NCBI GenBank assembly: GCA_964187785.1
Contig: OZ076409.1
Coordinates: 24,616,001-24,680,000 of the forward strand
DNA length: 64,000 bases
Origin: Amphiscolops sp. MND2022
Lineage: Eukaryota
Direction: 5' to 3'
The notes below the pieces were generated by a model. The model searched no databases. It was given only the letters and a program-made list of their open reading frames with translations, and was not told the DNA's origin. Each line of letters opens with the position of its first letter. Position 1 is the first letter of the stretch. Shown piece after piece: positions 33,999-46,423 of this stretch. The position numbers and the translations under genes were made by a program.

Positions 33999-35945
33999 TT
34001 TTTTCAGACTTTTCTGAGAAGTCCGAAATTATCCCGGTGTTTAGGGGGCGTCTTTGTTTTCATATTCTGCAACCTTTTTTGTGTTAAGACTTGTTCATGT
34101 ATTGCTAAATGTGACGTTGCATTGAAAAATTGTCGGTTTGAAGTGAAGTTGAGCGAATGCAATATGTCATGGGAACTTTTTTCATGTTGTAATTGACATG
34201 TCGTAGCAGTGATTGGAGAAAAATTTATGCGAAGCATCTCTGCAATAACAAAATTTGTACTAACTGTCTGTGATTGAAAAATTATGAGAATTTGTATAAA
34301 AGCAATTGAGTTTTAAATTGTTTGTGTGTGAAGTTTCGTGTGCGGTTAAATGGGAAAAAACTAAAATTGTGATATGTCAAAAACGTAATTGGGAATTTAG
34401 ATTCAATGATAATGAAAACATATGCTGTAAAAGCACAGGGTTCACGATCAAGATGTTGAAGTTTTATTGAGTGTTTCAAAGCGAGATTTTCAAGAAAGAT
34501 TTTGTATTTGAATTTTCGAATTTTGAGGGAACGAAGTTGCACCAAGGTTAGTAAAGGAAGCAACTGTATAATAGTTATGAATAGCAACTTCAGGATTCTT
34601 TTTATCAAAAATGTTTCGGGTTCTCTGGAAAGTTAGGAGAAAAATCAAGTTCAGGAGTATATTCAAATGGAACATTGTCGTGGAGGATAGTATGAAATGG
34701 TTAAAAGTGAAATGTTGAGTATATTGATAACTTTGAAGTAGAATTTCTTTGATCGAATAAATCGCATTAAATCACTTTTTGAAGTGGGAGTTTTTAATCA
34801 TTGTAATCCTTTATTTTTGAAATAAACAGGTTTAAAAGTGTGGTTGCCAATTTCATTTCCAAGAATTTTGACATTGAAGAGATTGTCAAATGATTTTCTG
34901 GAGCTATTTTAAGGTATTTTTAAGCTATTCAAAGTGCACATTTGGCGGAAGTGTTCAATCGATTCCAACATGCGAAAAAGGAGGAGATTGTTGTCGTTAT
35001 AAACAAGTGTGGAGCTTTGTCTAGGCGTTTTTGTGAAAAGGGTACATTTGTCATTGCAAGAACGTTTAGGAGTCCTTGTGAGCAGTGGAAGCCTTTATTA
35101 AAGGCATAGAGTTTATCATCAGAAAAAAACTACGGAGAGCGATGGTTTCTTGTCAAGAAGAGCGTGTGCATATGCATACTTAAGGTCATTGAGAGATTTA
35201 ACGTTTTTGTTCACTCGTGCTTATTGGAGAGGGAGAGGTTCAATGGACCAATTTCAATGTCTTGATCTATGTGAGAATTTAAGTGGTCTGAAAGCAATGA
35301 CAACTTTGTCTGCAACCAGGGCAATGATGGAAGAAGACCGAAATTATAACGTTTTGTCATTTAAATACAAACGTGGTCATTAGTAGGAGGTATTGAAAGC
35401 GAAAACAAAAGGAAAGGATGAATTGCGTACTGAAATTATGTTGTCGAACCAAAGAAGAAATGGGTCAGTGAAATCGTCGAACCAATTTATGGTTAGTACA
35501 AAAGCGACGTACCGACAGAAAATCGGAACGTTTTGCAAGTTAGTAGAAAGACGATGTACTGATATGAGATATCGAACCAAATTCAATTGGCTAGTACAGA
35601 AGTAAATAGCATAGAAAAAATTTCTACCGATATGAAATTATCGAATCGGAGAATTTATTTCTTAGAGAAAATGATTTCCTAAAACGTGAAGTCGAAAGAG
35701 AAAGTTTGTAGAGATGAAATTCAGATATTAGAAGGAAAGAAAACTTGGTCGAACCAGTTGAAGTATCTGTTTTTTGGCTATGTTGTTTGGTGTATGTTTT
35801 AGATTACAGATGACGGCAAATTAGAATTCAAAATATGACGCTAACAGCTGCAGATAGAAGGTATCTTGGACACCTGAAGTGTTGAAGAATTTATTAACCG
35901 TCTGAAGGGATTTTATCAGAGGGGTGTTCATCATGGTATTGGTAA

Positions 35946-35990
35946 TATGGTAGACAATACGTATGGTAGACAATACGTATGGTAGACAAT
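35946..35990. repeat. 16-bp tandem repeat (~2.8 copies)
   Basis: TATGGTAGACAATACG x2 plus TATGGTAGACAAT. Confidence 0.85.
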
Positions 35991-36911
35991 CATACGTCGT
36001 AGATCTAGACTACCTTTTAAAATGGAATTGAATTAAATTGATACATTGAGAATCATATCATTAAATCCGTAGAGTACTCGCTATAACTCCTTGTTTAGAC
36101 TCCTGAAAAGTTCAGAGGTATTGTTGTATACGATAAGTTTTTGTACGAACAAGTGGACTTACTGAAGATACATATTCTGTCATTCAAGAAGAAAACATAT
36201 CATGTTGAAACGTTTATTAACTTCATATCGGTGAGTTGATCTTTCTAATGTTCAAGTTAATGAAGAGCCTCACTGTAGCAATGATTGATTGAATGGAAGA
36301 AGTCAAAATTTTTGTAGTCAAAATGCTTAAAATATCGAAAGGCGAACAACTTAGTTATCTTGACTGGCAGGAAAATAATAAATTTATCGGTGCGTTATGT
36401 CAAAATTATCTACGGCCCAGTTTTCACAAGCCTCACTAAAAAATAAAAGAGTTCAAAAAATTTTCAGATCTTTGCATTCGAAATTTCCCGATAAACTACA
36501 TCGTCAACTTCGCTCAGAAGTAACTGTTTTCTGAAATTCACAGTGGAGTCAAATAGGCAAAAAATGCCACCAGGATGCTGAGAGAACATAAATCCTAGAC
36601 GGGCGTGCGAGCCTCATAAACATCATCCAATGGGTTTTCACGACTTGTTTGATAAGATTATCGCTTTCATTCAGCCTACTGTAGCGTTCAAAAAATTGCA
36701 ACTCAATTGCTTAGAATGGCAAAATTTACAACCAAATATATCTTGAACTGTCAGAAATACAGAAATTTGTCTGCTCCAAAAGTTTCTTGAAATTTTACCT
36801 ACTTTGTAGAAATGTTGCTTGAAATTCTTTAACCAAATTTTGAAAACGGAATTTGCAAATTTTAGGAAATTTCAGTAGATTTTTTTTGTATTTCTACTAT
36901 TTTTGGTAGCG

Positions 36912-37291
36912 TTTTTAGTCGGCGTTTTGGAAGAAAATCCCGACTCTTACAGTGGCTAGTTTTTTTTTCGTCAGTTCAACGCGTAACGTCCACTTTTTGT
37001 GCATTAATCCAATTAATGCACATTTACCAACCTTTACCATATGTACTTAATACTTCATTTTCAACGCATCCAAAGCGTCTAACATGAGAAAAAGCGTCCC
37101 CCCCTTTTACATTTTCGGCACTATGCGACTTACCGGAAACTTCGAAAAAATTTCAAAAAAAATTTCGGAAATTTTTTTTCTCAATTTTTAGTTTTTTGAG
37201 AGCTTTTGTTGTCTCCAGTTGTAGAAAAAGTGGTTTTCGAGTCTTTTTGAGCCTTAGATATGGCGCCGACTTGGGCCGTTCCCGGCTTGTT
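36912..37291 (+). mobile_element. Helentron-type repeat (short copy)
   Basis: TTTTTAGTCGGCG...CCCGACT 5' end; GAGCCTTAGATATGGCGCCGACTTGGGCCGTTCCCGGCTTGTT 3' end. Confidence 0.85.
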
Positions 37292-38477
37292 TTTCAAGAC
37301 AAGGCGTTGATACAGGTTTTCAAAATTCATTCAACATTTGCATCGGCGAGTTGCCAATGAGAGGAGGTTTTTGCATGCATGTTAAATGATGGAATTTCAT
37401 AAACAATGATGCTACTATTTTTGGCGAAAATTGATTATACCCCTACATAAAGCAACAGCAAAAGCTGACATAATTTAGATAATTTTCGAGTTGTTGCTCA
37501 GCAGCAATAAAAACGTTTTTTGACGTAGCTTTTTTTTCATTTCAGTTTTCAGCTTTGAATGTTTAATTTTTCTCATTAGCAAGAAGAAAATCAAGTTGTT
37601 CAGACTAGAGTCAACGTATTCTGGTTTTAACAGCAATTTGTTTAATTCATACTTGGCGTTTGCAATAATTAATTCACGAACCGAGATCGTTTCTGAAGCT
37701 GCAGATCTCTGCATTTTCGGTTCGCTCAAAGTGCCGGTACCAACCACTGGTTGCTTGATAGGTCTTTGGTAAGCCAATAATTGAACCAACTTAAGTAACC
37801 AAAAACTAAAAGGCCCAAATATCGGATAAACATTATAAAACACATTATGAGTTTCAAAAAAGTCCTAAATCTAGATTTCGACGTGTTCAAAGTTACAGCT
37901 ATCGTGAAAAAAAACATCAAATATTTAAGACTGAAAAATAATCACTTGAACTGTAGCATCTGAACGGATACGTCGGGCATCAAAATTTAGCAACCGTGTG
38001 GCCTTTTTCAATCAGCATAAACGGTTGAAATTAAAGTTGTTGATAAGTAGTGGAGCTTTCCATCTGATGTTGAGAAACGCAGCTTCAAAAGAACCAAACT
38101 ACAAACAGTTTTTCTTTTGAAAAGTGTACAAACCTTTCATCTGAAGACAAAATTGGGTAGTAGTAATGAGTAAAAGAAATTGAGTAGAAGAAATGAGCGG
38201 TAGTCAAAGCAACATACATTGACAACAGACATAGTACTTCACCAATCTTCGTGCAAGATGCGCATTTTTTTCAACGGAAAAGTTTCAAGAGTTTTTTTGA
38301 AAAAAATTATTCAGTTCAAAATTGAGTGACACCAAACCGGACCCTTTGCTTTTCGGCACTGTTCGACTTTCATATTTGTTAGAAGGTTTCACCTCCAAAT
38401 CTTTTAATGTTTGAATCTACAGGAACCCTCTTTTTTGGTACTGCATGGCAGTCTTTGAAAAAAAATTATTTGCGAAT

Positions 38478-38877
38478 TTTCCCGCCGTCGTATTTCCCGC
38501 CGTCGTATTTCCCGCCGTCGTATTTCCCGCCGTCCTATTTCCCGCCGTCCTATTTCCCGCCGTCCTATTTCCCGCCGTCCTATTTCCCGCCGTCCTATTT
38601 CCCGCCGTCCTATTTCCCGCCGTCCTATTTCCCGCCGTCCTATTTCCCGCCGTCCTATTTCCCGCCGTCCTATTTCCCGCCGTCCTATTTCCCGCCGTCC
38701 TATTTCCCGCCGTCCTATTTCCCGCCGTCCTATTTCCCGCCGTCCTATTTCCCGCCGTCGTATTTCCCGCCGTCGTATTTCCCGCCGTCGTATTTCCCGC
38801 CGTCGTATTTCCCGCCGTCGTATTTCCCACCGTCGTATTTCCCACCGTCGTATTTCCCGCCGTCGTATTTCCCGCCG
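38478..38877. repeat. 15-bp minisatellite (26 full copies + partial)
   Basis: TTTCCCGCCGTC(G/C)TA: 3 G-units, 15 C-units, then 8 G-units, two of which have CCCAC. Confidence 0.98.
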
Positions 38878-39445
38878 CCGAAAACGCCCTTTTAGTCTGC
38901 AGTGTCCCCTCTTTGTGTTTTAATGCAAAGTCCTTTTGTTTCGAATTTGCATCAGAAATGTTTCTAAAAGATCTTTCGAGGCTTTATATGTGTATATGCA
39001 TAAACTAGTTTTCGGATCTATAATGGCATTTTTGGTTGAAATAGATGTTTTTGAATGCTTTTCAAAGACCAGGTTGAGGTTGCTAAACACTGAAACGACA
39101 AAAAAATAGACAAAACAACGGAAACAAACCGACGGAAAACTACCTTCAAATATATCAAAATAGTGCCGACTAAAAATTGACTTGGACTGCATAAAAATGC
39201 CATAGCACTATTACTATGTTGAAGATATCAAAAAACAATTTGAGCAAATCACTGTCAACATTTGCATGTCTCGAAGTTCAAACTCTAACTTTAGAGCACG
39301 GCCTAAAAACAGTCGACCAGATTTAGAATTTTTTCAGAGCCCATTATTGACGAATTGAGCACTGAAGATACAAAGCCAGCTTCATTTCCAGAATAAACTC
39401 TTGGTGGTTGTTGATCATACAAAGTTGTAGCTGTTACCGAACAGG

Positions 39446-40750
39446 ATGGATTACGCAATGTGGAATTTTTATAGTTATGATGCAAACGATCGTTCCGATT
39501 ACATGTTTTGGAGCCAGTCTATGCATGTTTTCTTGTGGGCGAAAACTATCATTCTGAGCTGCTCCAGTGTCGTTTGCGTAGTTCTAAATCTTTTGATGAT
39601 ACTTTTCTTCATGCTTCACAAAAAGTTTCGAGCCTTGACGTTCTGCCCACTTATAATTCAAAGTCTGGTTGATATCATTGGTCCAGGAATTGCCAACATC
39701 ATGTTTGAAGTCTTTCTTCTCGATCGAGCACTTTCACAAGGATCATCCAACCTGGGTTTGGCATACTGGTTGGAGATCAAAATGACAAGAGCAGTTTCTC
39801 CATTGGACTGCGCATTAACTTTTCTGCGAGTTTTATTGAACGAGTATACAACCGGACCGTGTGTTTTAGCTACAGCATATATTCGCTATGCGCTTGTTTG
39901 TCATGCTTCAAGGAAAAACCTTGTCGAGAAACAAACGCTGTTGACCATTACGTTTCTCGTAGTTGTTTTTGCCTTCATAGCTGTAGGTGCTAACTTTGCT
40001 ATGATTCACTTTCAGAGAGAAGACAATGTTTCGCTTTACCAATACATGTATCCGACCGAGACGTTAGAACGGTGTGATCACATATTAACCAGAAGGTCAA
40101 CCCGACTGGTCATTGAAGCCATAGCGTGTTTTGCAGTACCAGCAGTTTTGTCTGGATTGTTCTATGCAATGGTAATAACGAAGTTACTGAAACGGGAAAG
40201 AGATGCAATTCGGAATAGGAGTCTGACAATAGCTTTTGCCATTAGCTGGCTACTTTGGGTTGTCTGCTGGGTTCCTTACTTCTGGGGAATGACAACGGAA
40301 AGCGATTCTCGTTATTTCGAATTGAGGCTCGTATCTGGTGACTTTTCGTTGAAACACGGACTTCAATCAGCATTCTCACTTTCAAAGTATTCGATTCAGA
40401 TGATTTATTCTCACCTCAATGCTTTGATTTTTATCATCGTACTCAAACCATTTCGAGAATGGCTCGTGCAACTCTTGAAACGACCGATTTGGATGGCTAG
40501 GAGACGAATTGACAGAACTAAGGTAACGAAATGTGTTTTTGTCTCAGCTTTGCTCGTATCTTTCTACACATTGGGAGTTACTGTTAGCACTATTGTGTAT
40601 ACATCTTCTTGGGAGTATAACTCAAGCATAGAAGGTTTGGATTTAGCAAAATCATGGGAAGAAATAAGGCTAAGAGGGACTCAATTGAATTCCCTCAAAA
40701 TAAAGACAAAATTGAATCTTGAGCCGTGGGGCAACTTTGCTTTGTCATGA
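39446..40750 (+). CDS. Intronless rhodopsin-class (class A) GPCR, orphan, 434 aa
   Basis: Seven hydrophobic helices: TM1 N (VLNLL), TM2 D (SLVDII), TM3 Cys and IRY (DRY variant), ECL2 Cys, TM5 FAVP..FY, TM6 CWVPY, TM7 SHLNALIF (NPxxY variant). Confidence 0.85.
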   Translation: MDYAMWNFYSYDANDRSDYMFWSQSMHVFLWAKTIILSCSSVVCVVLNLLMILFFMLHKKFRALTFCPLIIQSLVDIIGPGIANIMFEVFLLDRALSQGSSNLGLAYWLEIKMTRAVSPLDCALTFLRVLLNEYTTGPCVLATAYIRYALVCHASRKNLVEKQTLLTITFLVVVFAFIAVGANFAMIHFQREDNVSLYQYMYPTETLERCDHILTRRSTRLVIEAIACFAVPAVLSGLFYAMVITKLLKRERDAIRNRSLTIAFAISWLLWVVCWVPYFWGMTTESDSRYFELRLVSGDFSLKHGLQSAFSLSKYSIQMIYSHLNALIFIIVLKPFREWLVQLLKRPIWMARRRIDRTKVTKCVFVSALLVSFYTLGVTVSTIVYTSSWEYNSSIEGLDLAKSWEEIRLRGTQLNSLKIKTKLNLEPWGNFALS

Positions 40751-41362
40751 AATTGCTTTGTCATCATCAATGACACTCGAGACAGATTATGCTAAATATT
40801 ACTTCTCCTTCCAATGATAGCTTCTTTTTACTTCAATCTCACCAGTTCAGTCTTTTCCTTTTTTCTGCATCAATTAACTGTAAACTTTTTAAAATTCCAT
40901 TTACGGCATCTATCCCATGGTAGAATTTGTCATTTCAAGATTGAAAATCAGTTGCAATCGACTTCTCCAATTTTTCCGAAACAATGCACACACTGTTCAA
41001 AAACAAAAACTTGAAAAAATTCAGAAGCATGCTTTCCTTATTATATATGCAAGTTTTCCCAGGCAATACTACAATTTGAGTTGGAGTTTTTTCAAATCAT
41101 TGAGTAAAACCGAATTTATTTAATCAAGAACACGTATTCTATTTAATTTCAATGGTTATCGGATTTTTAGACAAGCTGGTTGTTAAGACTGGCCTTTGTC
41201 CGAACAATTCTCGAAAATTGTGATGGTCATTCGGGGCGTTCCATCAACTTTTGCATCAGAAAGTTCAACATGTGGGGTGGCTCTGCATTCTCGTCCTGGA
41301 AAGAACAAATATGTTCCAAAAAATCACAATATTGAACAATATTGGGGCAAAATATTATCAAA

Positions 41363-42044
41363 AACAAGCCGGGACCGGCCCAAGTCGGCGCCATATCCAA
41401 GGCTCAAAAATAGCAAAAAGACTTCCAAGTGTCAAGTATTCGTTTACAGTAGTCGAAACTCGAAAATTTTTCGAAAATTTTTTTTTTGAAAAAAATACAT
41501 ACTAAAAAAATGGACCGAGTGGCGCGCCGGGGCTCGCTACCGCGAGCCCCTGGCGCGCTAACGTCTCACAATGCCGAAAAACTGAAAAGGGGGACCCTTT
41601 GAGGTTTTTCAACATCCATTCTGTCGCAAAACATGAAAAAATTGAAGAAAAAAATTTTTTTATTTTCGGGAGAAAATCTCACAATGCCGAAAAAAACTGA
41701 AAGGAGGAACCCTTTGGGATTTTCCAACATCCATTCTGTCGCAAAACATCAAAAAAAATGCAGGGGGGACCCTTTGCGGAAAAAAAATTTCGAAAAAAAT
41801 GTCTCGCAGTGCCGAAAAAAAATGAAAGGGGGGACTCTTTGGTCTCGCCCGGTATGATATGTTACGCGGAAAAACAGGTAAATTCATTTTGGTCCAGTTC
41901 GCTAGGCCAAATGGTGCTATTTGACACCATAATATTTTGTAGAACTTTTAAGAACTATTTTGGTCAGTTCGTGTGGATTGAAAAAAAAAAAAGAAAAGTC
42001 ACTATAATAGTCGCGTTTCACTTCATGAAGCGCCGACTAAAAAA
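41363..42044 (-). mobile_element. Helentron-type repeat
   Basis: Same subfamily as 13320-13874, with a duplicated internal module and a GC-rich hairpin at ~41520-41560. Confidence 0.85.
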
Positions 42045-42260
42045 CTAAACGATAGCAAAAAATCTCCAAAACAAAGCCGGATTTTTCAGGGTAAGGTTTC
42101 TTCCCTTTTATCAATGTAAACAAGAGGCCAGTGGCATCAAACTGAAAACTGTTTTAAGAGGTCGTTAAAACGTATTTTTAACTGGAAACAGCAGAAAAAA
42201 ATATAAACTAACCAAAAGCGGTGAGCCTTTGATGAAATTTTGTTTGTTTGAAGGGCTTTT

Positions 42261-44150
42261 TCAGCACACGCTGGTTGGTGATCCTTTGTCAAGGACCGCC
42301 ACTTGCGCCTCTGTCCAGTGATTTGATCTCTCCATTTTAGAGTGAGCTGTCTGGGACAGGGTAACGTCTATCAAGCTGTAAGTTGCATGATTTCTCCTGC
42401 TGGTGTACCCGGGTACCAAGGGCTCATCTGGAAGCAGTTCACGAAATCGGTCCAATTCTGATTTAAACAACTCTAAACCGCAGTTCGCCATGTTTTTTAG
42501 ATGCTATGGTAAGCAATTGAACAGTTTCGGACCATTGATGACGAAATGTGATGATTTGAGGGTTTTGACTCGGGCTCTCGCATTCCCTACTCTTTCTGGG
42601 TTTTAGTGTGCTTCGAATGCATTCTGAGGTGATGTTTGGCACCAAATTCTCTAGGTTTTTCCAGAAATACACAATTATGTATGATTCCCGTCTTTTTTCC
42701 AGGGAGTTTAGCTGGAATTTCTGTAGTCGCTCCAAGTAATCAAGCAGATTTGCTCCAGCGATGCAGCAGGTAAAATTCATTTGTAGGATCTCCAGCTTGT
42801 TGATCTCACCTTTCTCTTGGGATTCCACAATTGACAACAGTAGTCTAAAAATGGGATTACAAGCGATTCCCAAAGTTGTATCATTACTTCAGGTGTTCGG
42901 GTTTTGAAGCATCGGAATATTGATGAAATAATTGATTGAGGAGCTTTTGAGATAATAGTTTCAATGTGTGCCGTGAAGGTAGCATCGTGGCTCATAGTTA
43001 TTCCAACATCACGTACAACATGTTTTTCTTCAATGATGGTTCTGATACTATTGAAGTTGCGTTGTAGTTTTTATTTCATCATCATCTTCGTAGCGCAGAA
43101 GTTCAAACTTCAGGCTGTTAAATTCCATGTTGTTCCTCTCAGCCCACTCATAGACTTGTTGCAGGTCAAGTTGGAGGGCTTTAGCATCTTCTTCGTCCTT
43201 GACTCTTTTTGTAAATCTAGTGCCATCAGCGAAACTTTTCATTAATGAAAATTTCAAATTTTTGTCAATGTCCATCATGAGGACGAGAAAAAGAAGGGGT
43301 CCCAGCACACTACCTTGTGGAACTCCAGAAGTCACGTTTACTCGTTTGGTTTTATACTCTTTCACTACAACAGATTCCGTTCTTTTTGTAATGAAAGGTT
43401 TGATCCAATTGTGTAATTGACCTTTAACTCCAATGTTTTCTATTTTTAGCAGTAGTACATTGAAATCAACTGTATCAAAGGCTTAAGCAACGTCAAGGTA
43501 AATCACATCAGCATTGCTACTATTTTCTAGGTTCTCTAACACTTCATTATGGAGTCATTATGGAGAGCGAGGAGTTGTCTGAGACACGACCTACCTCTCC
43601 TGAACCCATGTTAAGAATCGTTGAAAGCATTCGCTTCTTCAAAGTGATGCACCAGATTTTTCTGTACAACCCTTTCAAAACATTTAATGATATGCGAAGT
43701 CAGTGCAACTGGTCTGTAATTTACCGCATCAAGTGTACTTTTGTTTTTGAAAAATGGCGTTATCAGGGCATGTTTAAGTGCACTTGGGACTTTTGTTTCT
43801 CAAGACAATTCCGTCAAAATATGAACAAGGGTATCGAGATAGCATCTCTGTATCTCTTCGGAAACCGTGCAGAGAAACCATCAAATCCAGCCGCAGCAGT
43901 CGGCTTCAAATTATCAATTCCTTGTGCAATGTCTGCAATGTCAAATTTGATGTCCTCAATGGTGACGGGAACCTCCATGTTTGAAGAAGTGGGTTTTTCT
44001 GAGGGAACTGTTTAGACAGAAGAATACTGTAGGGAAAGTAAATCAGCAATTCTATCTGGTTCTTGCACTAGTTCCTCTACGTCATTTTTGAGCGCAACCA
44101 CCGGTGTTTTGTTTTTCAAAAATTTACGTATATAGCTGTAGAAAATTTGA
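42261..44150 (-). mobile_element. 5'-truncated, decayed CR1/L2-group LINE (RT region)
   Basis: YLDVA*AFDTVDF, VTSGVPQGSVLGPLLFL, FADGT (FADDT), LQLDLQQVYEWAERNNMEFN, LDYCCQLWNP; many stops and frameshifts. Confidence 0.85.
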
Positions 44151-44237
44151 AACCGGTGAAAACGTAACGAAAGTTGAATCAGCTTTTTACCGATTCCAGG
44201 ATGAGAAAAAACATTTGAACATGCTGCACAAAAGAAT

Positions 44238-45175
44238 TGTTCCTGTATGGCGTGGTGAACTGAATGAAAGATGATCAAAATACGCAACGTTTGAACTGAA
44301 GGCACTTCACTATGAATATTGTTGAGATGTCATTCAAGTGTTTGACATGGACAAACACACGTTCAAACAATGTCCGACAACTAACGAAAACCGGCTTCAG
44401 TAGGCGACTGTAAGCATTGAACCCAAAAAAAGAGAACAAACGAACGAAATGGCACGTTCGTTGGTAAACACCAAACGCAAAAACAAATCAATGCAAAAGC
44501 AAAGCACAAAAACCGAATGATCGTTAAAAACCTGTTAACTTCAAAGAGAAAGGTTACATGAGAGTCAATCGAGTTACTACGTTTTCAACGTTACACTATG
44601 AAAGGCTATGATTACTTTAGCTCGTGTTCCGAACATCCCGGGCCCCGTTCCTTGTCACAGGAACCAAAGACTGGTAAAGGAACAAACTTCACCAAGGGAC
44701 GAACCAATAAACCTGACATTGTTTTCAAAGTTGCAGACCGGACACGACCTTCATCGCCCAAGTGCATTTTATCAACATGCGCCAATGGATAAGAGCCTCT
44801 AGGACAATGGGTGTCCTCGATCCAAACAAGTGAACCAACAATCAAGGGACAAGACGAATCAGAAACCCATTTACGGCGCTGCGCTGAAGTTGCGGGACAT
44901 AGCCCAAAAGCCAACCTTTCCATACCCAGTCAACGTGCGATTGGGCTTGTTTAAAAACACGGCGATGTGTGAAATCTGATGGTAGAGATATCAGACAGGT
45001 AAATTGACAGTCGAGCGAATAAGTAAAAAATGATTAGAGGTTAATGCTTCAATGTCTTGGGGATCAGAACTAATTGCTGTCAACGGTCTGACATTGAGAA
45101 ATTGTTCGACAAGACACATGGTGATTGACAGCATCTCTTCAGTGAGACGACGGCTCGACAACACCGCATTGAATA
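44238..45175 (-). mobile_element. BEL/Pao LTR retrotransposon 3' fragment (integrase C-terminus, PPT, 3' LTR)
   Basis: VEQFLNVRPLTAISSDPQDIEALTSNHFL and PRGSYPLAHVDKMHLGDEGRVRSATLKT...RPLVKFVPL. Purine-rich tract, then LTR start TGTTCGGAACA at 44635. The left LTR boundary is uncertain. Confidence 0.8.
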
Positions 45176-45567
45176 TATTGATTTTTAAATTAAGAACATT
45201 AGAAAACAAAAAGGTTGGTCACACATTGACAAAAATTCAAAAAATGGGTGCTCTCTAATTTTTCATTCGATTGAAACTAAACTTTTTAAAGAGTATGTTG
45301 GTTGTTGAAACTTTTTAAACTCACGCTTTAAGTTTTGAGTTTGATATGTATGATTGACTGAAGTGAAAAGTTACTGGTAGTAAGGCGTAATTTTGTAATT
45401 TTGGGCTAAAACCGCAGTTTGGTGGAAACATGGTTGATTCATGTTTGATGTTTCTCTTAATTTTAGAAGCGCGCAAACTCTTTCAGTGTCAAGAATTGGA
45501 AAAATTTGTTTCCCTTCTAAACTGATACATTTCTGTCTTTTCATTTCAATCATTAGCAAGAAGTCCA

Positions 45568-46423
45568 TTTTTAGTCGACTCTTTAGGCTTTTCTTCAGTT
45601 TTTTTTTCGATACACCTGAACTGTCCAAAATAGTTCTCCTAATTTATTCAATTTTGCAAGGTTAGTCAGTCACTTGGCCTAGCGGTTAAGGCGGGTTTCC
45701 CACGGTCGAAGAAATAATGAAGAAGGTCCCACGGTCTAAGAAGAAAGGGAAACCAAAAAAATTGTTTGCTAAAGTAGGGGGAGACAAAATCCCCCTTTGA
45801 AGTTTTTCGGCACTATGCAATTTTTTTCAGTTTTTTCCAAACCTAAACTCCCTCTATCAACTTTCAGGAGAAATAACAGCGTTTTGCGAGCATAGATGGT
45901 TCTTATTAGTTTTACTAGTGAACTTACAGAATGGAAAAAAATGAATTTCTTGAAAAAAAAAACATTTTTATTTACCATTTTCAGGTGTTTTGAGGTTTTC
46001 TGTAAGAGAAACATACTTCCCGAGTCTTCAGGGTGGTTACCGTCCTCTTCCATTTTGCCAAAAGGTACTCCTTCCCTTTCATAGCTGATTTCGCTTTGAG
46101 AAAAAATAGCTTTGCGAGCTTAAATTTTTTTTGGCTATATGAGGCTATTCCAAAAAACGGACAGAAATTTTTCGTGTTTCCAGTTGGGTAAAAAGTGGTT
46201 TTCGAGTTTTATGCGTAACCGTTGGGGAAGTTTTTGGCACTGAGAACTCATTGGCACTGAGAATTCATTTGGCAACAAGACGCCTGCTAAGCACCGAAAT
46301 ATTTTCCGCCCTTTTCGCTTTGTAAAATGTGGGGTAGGAAAATAATAATGTCCTTTGTATCTTTGCAAAACCTGGTTTTTGGGAACTTAGCGGGGCGCCA
46401 ACCTGGGCGGGTCCCGACTTGTT
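45568..46423 (+). mobile_element. Older Helentron-type repeat
   Basis: TTTTTAGTCGAC 5' end, GGCGCCAACCTGGGCGGGTCCCGACTTGTT 3' end, and an internal A-box-like TGGCCTAGCGG. Confidence 0.55.

Noticed and set aside
38407..39008. ORFs encoding (PPSYF)n, (GNRTA)n and (FPAVL)n
   Set aside because: Translations of a 15-bp minisatellite that is open in several frames; no evidence of a gene.
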